NCBI GenBank assembly: GCA_964637885.1
Contig: CAZWXO010000001.1
Span: 111 to 64,110, forward strand
Source of the DNA: an uncultured bacterium
GTDB lineage: Bacteria; Bacillota; CAZWXO01
DNA: 64,000 nt
Direction of reading: 5' to 3'
Below, piece by piece: positions 58,135 to 64,000 of this stretch (positions are counted from its first letter, which is position 1; each line of letters begins with the position of its first letter). The notes under the pieces are model-generated. The model ran no database searches. It was not told where the DNA came from and worked only from the letters and a program-made list of their open reading frames with translations. The position numbers and the translations under genes are program-made.

Positions 58135-59141
58135 GAATTGCTTTAGATGCTATGGGTGGCGATTTTGCCCCTAAGGAAACAGTTCAAGGCGCATTAGATG
58201 CCATCGCTGTCAACCCAGGCTATCACATCATCCTCGTGGGCGATGAGACTATAATCCGAAGCGAACTGCAAGGGAAAAAATACGACGAGAATCAAATCAG
58301 TATTTTGCATACGGATGAAAACATTGAGATGAGCGAACACGCAGCGACTGCATTCCGCAAGAAAAAGAATGCATCGATTGTTTTGTGTAATGATTTGGTT
58401 AAAAAAGGTGAAGCTGATGCTGTTGTGGCAGCTGGAAATACTGGAGCCGCTATGACAGCGTCCTTGTTGAGGATGGGGCGTCTAGGAGGGGTAGACAGGC
58501 CCGCAATTGCAACAATTTTGCCCACGGCAAAGCAGAGAACTATCCTTTTGGACTCGGGGGCCAACACAGATTGTTCGGCCAAGCAACTGGCTCAGTTCGC
58601 CATTATGGGCGATATTTTTGCCCGCAGAGTTCATGGCTACGAGAAACCCCGCGTTGGACTTTTAAATATCGGCGAAGAGGCCAGCAAGGGCAACCTAGTA
58701 GCTCAAAAAGCCTATGAATTGCTAAGCGAAATGCCGCTGAATTTCATTGGAAATATTGAGGGCAGGGATATTCCAGAAGGAACTGCTGATGTTGTTGTAT
58801 GCGACGGTTTTGTCGGCAACATTGTTTTAAAGCTTTACGAAGGACTTGGAAAATTGATTATGCGCGAGATCAAGGGCGCATTCATGAAAAATGCCATTAC
58901 GAAGCTGGGGGCAATTTGTGTCAAGAGTGGTCTGAAGGCAATAAAAAACAAAATGGATTATCAAGAGGTCGGTGGTGCGATATTGCTTGGCGTTCAAGGC
59001 ATTTCAATAATTTCTCATGGCAGTTCAAAGGCCGTCGCAATAAAAAATGCGATTCTAAAAGCTGGTTTTTATGTTGAAAAGGACTTAGTAGCTGCGATTA
59101 GTCATGAAATGGAACAGAGCACGGAATGGTGGAAGGTATGA
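58131..59141 (+). CDS. plsX: Phosphate:acyl-ACP acyltransferase PlsX
   Basis: MRIALDAMGGDFAP N-terminus typical of PlsX. Confidence 0.93.
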   Translation: MRIALDAMGGDFAPKETVQGALDAIAVNPGYHIILVGDETIIRSELQGKKYDENQISILHTDENIEMSEHAATAFRKKKNASIVLCNDLVKKGEADAVVAAGNTGAAMTASLLRMGRLGGVDRPAIATILPTAKQRTILLDSGANTDCSAKQLAQFAIMGDIFARRVHGYEKPRVGLLNIGEEASKGNLVAQKAYELLSEMPLNFIGNIEGRDIPEGTADVVVCDGFVGNIVLKLYEGLGKLIMREIKGAFMKNAITKLGAICVKSGLKAIKNKMDYQEVGGAILLGVQGISIISHGSSKAVAIKNAILKAGFYVEKDLVAAISHEMEQSTEWWKV

Positions 59142-60130
59142 TAACGCTTCCATTCGGAGCTGCAATAGCTGGCGTCGGGGCATATCTGCCACCAGACATT
59201 GTCACTAACGATCATCTTGAACAGTTGTTGGACACGGATAATGACTGGATTGAATCCAGGACGGGAATTAGTCAACGGCATATTGCGCATCGAGATACCG
59301 CCACGTCAGACCTTGCTACTGGCGCTGCCGTGAGTGCGCTCCAATCGGCCGGGCTCAGGGCCGATGAATTGGGTATGATCATTGTGGCAACTTCGACTCC
59401 AGATATGATATTTCCTTCAACTGCGTGCATTGTCCAAAAAAATATCGGCGCAATTCATTGTCCAGCATTTGATATGGAAGCAGCGTGCACAGGATTTAAC
59501 TATGCATTATCAATCGCAACTCAGTTTGTTGCCAGCGGTTGCTATAATAATGTTATGATTATAGGGGCTGAAACCTTTTCTCGAATTGTTGATTGGCGTG
59601 ACCGTAATACATGTGTGCTTTTTGGGGATGGCGCCGGTGCTGCGATTGTTCAACAATGCGATGTCGGAACCGGAGTGCTGAACAGTACATTGAAGGCAGA
59701 TGGGAATGGAGGCAATTTGTTGTTCGTGCCCGGTGGCGGATCTAAAAAACCAGCCGATATGGACATGATAGATCAGCGCTTGCAGTTTATTAAAATGAAT
59801 GGACAAGATGTATATAAATTTGCAGTGCGTGTCATAGGAGAGGTTGTCGGCGAGGCATTGGATGCCGTGGGCATGACGGTGGATGATATTGATGTTTTTA
59901 TTCCACATCAAGCGAATATCCGCATTATCGAAGCTGCGAGAAAAAAATTAAACATCAGCAAGGAAAAAATCATTATTACTCTTAATAAGTACGGTAATAT
60001 GTCGGCTGCTTCAATTCCAGTTGCCTTGCATGAGGCACACCTGAGTGGTCGTATTAAAAAAGGGGATATTGTTGTTTTGGTGGGTTTTGGCGCTGGATTG
60101 ACGTGGGGCGCGAATATTATAAAATGGTAA
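59138..60130 (+). CDS. fabH: 3-oxoacyl-ACP synthase III FabH
   Basis: Active-site Cys motif (AFDMEAACTGF), His/Asn motifs (IPHQANIRI, GNMSAASIP). ATG 59138 overlaps the plsX stop. Confidence 0.93.
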   Translation: MITLPFGAAIAGVGAYLPPDIVTNDHLEQLLDTDNDWIESRTGISQRHIAHRDTATSDLATGAAVSALQSAGLRADELGMIIVATSTPDMIFPSTACIVQKNIGAIHCPAFDMEAACTGFNYALSIATQFVASGCYNNVMIIGAETFSRIVDWRDRNTCVLFGDGAGAAIVQQCDVGTGVLNSTLKADGNGGNLLFVPGGGSKKPADMDMIDQRLQFIKMNGQDVYKFAVRVIGEVVGEALDAVGMTVDDIDVFIPHQANIRIIEAARKKLNISKEKIIITLNKYGNMSAASIPVALHEAHLSGRIKKGDIVVLVGFGAGLTWGANIIKW

Positions 60131-60142
60131 GGTGATGATGGA

Positions 60143-61090
60143 ATGTTAGGAGCTAGACTTAAAGAACTTTTAAAAATTGATTATCCGATAATACAGGGGG
60201 CCATGGCGTGGATCGCGGATGCACGCCTTGCTGCAGCGGTTTCTAATGCGGGTGGTTTGGGAATTATCGCTTCGGCAACCATGAACAAAGATCAGTTGGA
60301 TGCTGAAATAACAAAAATAAGAGCATTGACTGACAAGCCTTGGGGGATTAATATCTATTATCTTTCGGAGCATCTGGACGATGTTATTGACTTGGTTGTT
60401 GAAAGAAAGATTCCTGTCGTAACCACTGGCGCGGGCAATCCTGGGAAACATATCTCTGCCTTAAAAAATGCCGGCACAAAAGTTATTCCTGTTGTGTCCT
60501 CTGTGGCACTCGCCAGACGCCTGGAGAGGGTAGGCGTCGATGCGATCATTGCCGAGGGGATGGAAGGTGGAGGACATATCGGAGATTTGACAACAATGTC
60601 GCTGGTTCCACAAATCGCAGACGCTATAAAAATTCCAGTTATTGCTGCAGGTGGCGTCGTTGAAGGACGCACATTGCTAGCTGCCTTTGTTCTTGGCGCT
60701 GAAGGCGTTCAGATTGGGACTCGTTTTTTATGTTCGACTGAATGTCCGATTCATGAAAATTACAAAAATGCGATTATTAAAGCTAGCGACCGTTCGACAG
60801 TAATTACTGGTGCAAGATATGGTCATCCCGTACGTATTTTGCAAAATAAGCTGGCAAAGAGCATTCTTCGTCTCGAAGAGGCTGGTGCGGCGATTGAAGA
60901 TGTTCAACATGTTACTGTCGGCACTTTAAAGCTTGCTGTCGAGTCCGGCGATGTGGAAAACGGTTCGCTTATGGCGGGACAGTCTAGTGCGATGGTCACA
61001 AAAATTCAGCCTGTTCAAGAAATTGTGCAGGAAATGTATAATGAGGCGAATGAAGCCTACAAGCGACTTAAGGATGCTATGGAGGGGTAA
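60143..61090 (+). CDS. fabK: Enoyl-ACP reductase II FabK (FMN-dependent, NMO/2-nitropropane dioxygenase fold)
   Basis: IIQGAMAWIADARLAAAVSNAGGLGII N-terminus and the GGH motif of the FabK/NMO family; located between fabH and fabD. Confidence 0.8.
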   Translation: MLGARLKELLKIDYPIIQGAMAWIADARLAAAVSNAGGLGIIASATMNKDQLDAEITKIRALTDKPWGINIYYLSEHLDDVIDLVVERKIPVVTTGAGNPGKHISALKNAGTKVIPVVSSVALARRLERVGVDAIIAEGMEGGGHIGDLTTMSLVPQIADAIKIPVIAAGGVVEGRTLLAAFVLGAEGVQIGTRFLCSTECPIHENYKNAIIKASDRSTVITGARYGHPVRILQNKLAKSILRLEEAGAAIEDVQHVTVGTLKLAVESGDVENGSLMAGQSSAMVTKIQPVQEIVQEMYNEANEAYKRLKDAMEG

Positions 61091-61092
61091 TC

Positions 61093-62031
61093 ATGGTCAA
61101 AATTGCAGCCATTTTCCCTGGACAAGGCTCCCAAGCTGTTGGGATGGGTAAGGAACTATATAATCAATCTCAGACGGTTCGCAATCTTTTTGAAGAGGCC
61201 GACGACACACTTGGTTTCTCGATAAAAAATCTGTGTTTTGATGGCCCAGAAGATGAGCTCAGAAAAACAAAATACACGCAACCGGCGATTTTAACTGTGA
61301 GCTGTGCGGCTTATTATCTTGCCCTGGAATCTAACATTCAGTTTCAAATGGCAGGTGGGCATAGCCTAGGCGAGTATTCGGCTCTTGTGGCTGCAAATGT
61401 TTTTGATTTTTCCCAGGCATTGCGTATGGTCCATCAACGAGGTCAGTTGATGCAGGAGGCTGTCCCAGTTGGAATAGGTGGGATGATGGCAGTTGTAGGA
61501 TTAGAGCGGGACAAAATAATAGCTCTTTGCATGAAAGCAAGCGAGGATGGCGTTGTTGAAGCTGTCAATTTTAATTGCCCTGGGCAGACAGTCGTAGCAG
61601 GCGGGAAAGAAGCGCTAGCCGTTTTTGCCGATTTGGCTAAAGAAGAAGGCGCCAAAAAAATTATTGAGTTACCAGTCAGCGCCCCGTTCCATTCAAGCTT
61701 ACTTAAGCCGGTCGCTGATGCTTTTACGCAGATAATTGATGATGTAAATTTTCGCGATGCTAGTTTTCCGGTGACGAGCAATGTCCATGGGAAATTATTA
61801 TCTAGTGGTGCAGAGATAAAAGCCTGTCTGAAACAACAACTTTGCTCAAGTGTTAAGTGGGAGGACTGCGTCAGTAGTATGGAAATTCATGGAGCCGAAT
61901 ACTTTATTGAGCTCGGCCCAGGAAAAGTCTTGTGCGGTTTTTCCAAGCGGATAGTTAAAGATATCCCTTGTGGAAATATCGAGGATGTTGCTTCATTGGC
62001 CAAGACTTTATGTGCATTGGAGGGGAAATAG
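61093..62031 (+). CDS. fabD: Malonyl-CoA:ACP transacylase FabD
   Basis: GQGSQ and GHSLGE active-site motifs. Confidence 0.93.
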   Translation: MVKIAAIFPGQGSQAVGMGKELYNQSQTVRNLFEEADDTLGFSIKNLCFDGPEDELRKTKYTQPAILTVSCAAYYLALESNIQFQMAGGHSLGEYSALVAANVFDFSQALRMVHQRGQLMQEAVPVGIGGMMAVVGLERDKIIALCMKASEDGVVEAVNFNCPGQTVVAGGKEALAVFADLAKEEGAKKIIELPVSAPFHSSLLKPVADAFTQIIDDVNFRDASFPVTSNVHGKLLSSGAEIKACLKQQLCSSVKWEDCVSSMEIHGAEYFIELGPGKVLCGFSKRIVKDIPCGNIEDVASLAKTLCALEGK

Positions 62032-62032
62032 T

Positions 62033-62773
62033 GTGCAGGAAATAGCATTGGTGACTGGATCAAACAGCGGGATAGGTAAAGCGGTTGCGATTAAGCTTGC
62101 GCTAGACGGATATTATGTGTTTGTTAATTATCCCGACGATTCTCGTCGCGGGGAGGCTGAAGGTGTCGCCCATCATATTTTAGAGATGGGCAAGAATGCA
62201 GAGGTCATCTGCTTTGACGTTTCTGAATCCGAGCAAGTTGAGACAGCATTTAAGGCAATTCAGCAAAGAGAGGGTAGCTTGAAGGTTTTAGTGAATAACG
62301 CTGGCATTACCAAAGACACTTTGGTAATGCGCATGAAGGATTCGGACTGGGACAGCGTTTTGAAAATTAATCTGCAGGGGACATTTAATTGCTGCCGTAG
62401 CGCAATTAAATTGATGGTCAAGAATAATGGAGCTAGCATTGTCAATATCGCATCAGTTGTTGGTTTGCATGGCAACGCCGGTCAAGCAAATTATGCAGCC
62501 TCAAAAGCTGGTATAATCGGTTTGACATACTCTCTTGCAAAAGAGTATGCTTCCCGTAGTATTAGAGTTAATGCAGTGGCACCGGGCTTGATTGACACGG
62601 CAATGACAGCGGTTATAAATGAAGATTACTACGAAAAAATGAAAGCTTCCATTCCTCTGGGTCGCCCAGGCACTTCGGAAGAAGTGGCCCAAGCTGTCTC
62701 TTTTTTAGCAGGGGCAAACTCTAGCTACATAACGGGGCAAGTATTAGTTATTGACGGAGGAATGAGCATATAA
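62033..62773 (+). CDS. fabG: 3-oxoacyl-ACP reductase FabG
   Basis: SDR motifs ([15 protein letters not shown]...YAASKAG). GTG 62033 has a GGAGGGG RBS; the track ORF starts at 61970 inside fabD. Confidence 0.92.
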   Translation: MQEIALVTGSNSGIGKAVAIKLALDGYYVFVNYPDDSRRGEAEGVAHHILEMGKNAEVICFDVSESEQVETAFKAIQQREGSLKVLVNNAGITKDTLVMRMKDSDWDSVLKINLQGTFNCCRSAIKLMVKNNGASIVNIASVVGLHGNAGQANYAASKAGIIGLTYSLAKEYASRSIRVNAVAPGLIDTAMTAVINEDYYEKMKASIPLGRPGTSEEVAQAVSFLAGANSSYITGQVLVIDGGMSI

Positions 62774-62823
62774 TTATAATGAGTGCTACCATTACTATGA
62801 AAGGGGGTGACGAGTTGGAAACG

Positions 62824-63045
62824 ATGGATAAAATTAAACAGATTGTTGTTGAAAAACTGAGTGTCGAAGAGAGCGATATTACACCTGAGAAATCCTTTAT
62901 CAATGATCTGGGTGCCGATTCTCTCGATATTGTTGAATTGATCATGGCGCTAGAAGAGGAATTTGGTGTGGAAATACCTGATGAAGATGTAGAAAAAATT
63001 GTTACTGTTAATGATGCAATGGATTATATTAAGGCAAAACTATAA
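62824..63045 (+). CDS. acpP: Acyl carrier protein
   Basis: [12 protein letters not shown] phosphopantetheine-attachment motif. Start is ATG 62824 or TTG 62815; the track ORF starts at 62779. Confidence 0.9.
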   Translation: MDKIKQIVVEKLSVEESDITPEKSFINDLGADSLDIVELIMALEEEFGVEIPDEDVEKIVTVNDAMDYIKAKL

Positions 63046-63050
63046 TCATT

Positions 63051-63083
63051 TATCCGGAGGGGCGGATTTGTCCCCTCCGGATA
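63051..63083 (+). terminator. Strong stem-loop after acpP (TATCCGGAGGGG-CGGATTTGT-CCCCTCCGGATA) without a U-tract: a partial terminator, attenuator or processing site
   Basis: Perfect 12-bp GC-rich stem read directly from the sequence. The downstream gene has its own RBS 18 nt later. Confidence 0.5.
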
Positions 63084-63114
63084 AACAATGGATTAAAAGT
63101 AAAGGGTGATTTAA

Positions 63115-64000
63115 TTGATTCTGCCCAAATTGAAAATTGGAAAACATGTTGCTGAACTACCAATAATTCAAGGTGGTATGGCAGTCAGGATATCAACCGC
63201 AAAATTGGCAGCTGCTGTGGCAAATGAGGGTGGAATCGGTATCATTGCTGCCACGGGGATGTCGTTTGATGAATTGCGAGAGGAAATCCGCGAAGCTCGT
63301 TCGTTGACGAAAGGCATTATTGGGATTAACGCTATGGTGGCCGTCAGTATTTTCCCTGATTATATTCGAACAGCTATGGAAGAAGGGATTGATCTTGTCC
63401 TCGCTGGCGCTGGATTTTCTCGGGATATGTTTGCCATGGGACGCGAATTTGGAGTGGCGATAGTTCCGATTGTTTCGAGTGCTAAGCTAGCAATCATTTC
63501 TGAAAAGCTTGGAGCTGATGCGGTTGTTGTCGAAGGTAAAGAGGCGGGCGGGCATCTTGGAACTGATGAGTCGGTGTGGAAGCTGGTTCCAGAAGTTAGG
63601 GCGGCTGTTTCAATCCCCGTTATTGGCGCAGGTGGCATCGTTGACGGCTATGACATTGTAAAAATGCTTCAAGCTGGTGCGGATGGTGTACAGATGGGCA
63701 TCCGATTCGCGATGAGTGAAGAATGCGCCGCAGATGACCGCTGGAAAGCAGTCTGCCTCGAAGCTAAAAACGAAGACATTGTTTTAATCGATAGCCCAGC
63801 TGGTTTTCCAGGTCGGGCCATTAAAACTGAGTTTATAGAAAAAGCCATGGATGGAGGTGCACCTCCCCCTGATGCCTGCATTAATTGCTTGCGGCATTGC
63901 ACGAAGAGCTTCTGCATCTTTAAAGCTTTGCGAAATTCCCAAGAAGGCAATATTGAAGAGGGAGTTGTTTTTTCTGGCGAAAATGTTGGAAAAATCAATG
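63115..64000 (+). CDS. Second FabK/nitronate-monooxygenase-family protein, partial (3' end runs beyond the window)
   Basis: TTG 63115 is preceded by AAAGGGTGA. PIIQGGMAVRISTAKLAAAVANEGGIGII and GGHLG motifs. No ATG-start ORF is listed, but the frame stays open to position 64000. Confidence 0.7.
   Translation, partial: MILPKLKIGKHVAELPIIQGGMAVRISTAKLAAAVANEGGIGIIAATGMSFDELREEIREARSLTKGIIGINAMVAVSIFPDYIRTAMEEGIDLVLAGAGFSRDMFAMGREFGVAIVPIVSSAKLAIISEKLGADAVVVEGKEAGGHLGTDESVWKLVPEVRAAVSIPVIGAGGIVDGYDIVKMLQAGADGVQMGIRFAMSEECAADDRWKAVCLEAKNEDIVLIDSPAGFPGRAIKTEFIEKAMDGGAPPPDACINCLRHCTKSFCIFKALRNSQEGNIEEGVVFSGENVGKIN

Noticed and set aside
1-64000. Searched for CRISPR repeats, IS elements, inverted terminal repeats, integrase-flanked islands and tRNA/rRNA genes
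   Set aside because: I found no direct-repeat arrays, no transposase or phage proteins and no tRNA-sized GC-rich structures. xerD is the housekeeping chromosome-dimer resolvase in its usual conserved neighbourhood, not a mobile-element integrase.

Overview
This 64 kb window is a syntenic core-chromosome segment of a low-GC Firmicute, Clostridia-like, with about 45% GC. Almost every gene is on the + strand and many stop/start codons overlap, which suggests long operons. I see no rRNA or tRNA genes, no CRISPR array, and no transposase, integrase-associated island or phage genes.

In order, the window contains:
1. A complete dcw cell-wall/division cluster: mraZ-rsmH-ftsL-PBP(ftsI/spoVD-like)-murE-murF-mraY-murD-ftsW-murG-murC-ftsQ-DUF881-sbp-ftsZ. 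It has no ftsA. The mraZ promoter carries 10-bp-phased GTGG repeats, which I read as an MraZ operator.
2. An unusual downstream extension of the ftsZ operon: a Spo0A-family response regulator, a SteA-like TPK-fold protein, a SteB/MctB-like membrane protein, a small GT2 glycosyltransferase, and a truncated MraY/WecA-family sugar-phosphate transferase.
3. M20 peptidase, a conserved hypothetical, a NUDIX hydrolase, a ComB-like protein, xerD, punA, and rqcH on the minus strand.
4. A B. subtilis 'ylo'-like block: dapF, yicC, remA, gmk, rpoZ, coaBC, metK, priA, def, fmt, DUF116, a Zn-metallopeptidase, rsmB, rlmN, stp, prkC, rpe. It continues with an FMN riboswitch and ribD-ribE-ribBA-ribH, then thiN, rpmB on the minus strand, DUF1858, asp23 and yloV.
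5. An orphan FliK-C-like/FlhB-C-like pair (ylqG/ylqH-like).
6. rsmD, coaD, a coiled-coil hypothetical, tmcAL on the minus strand, ackA, yceD and rpmF.
7. A FASII operon, fapR-plsX-fabH-fabK-fabD-fabG-acpP followed by a second FabK-family gene, with a FapR-box-like operator in its promoter.

The most system-like uncharacterised candidates are the Spo0A-like/SteA/SteB/glycosyltransferase module fused to the division operon, and the orphan FliK-C/FlhB-C pair.
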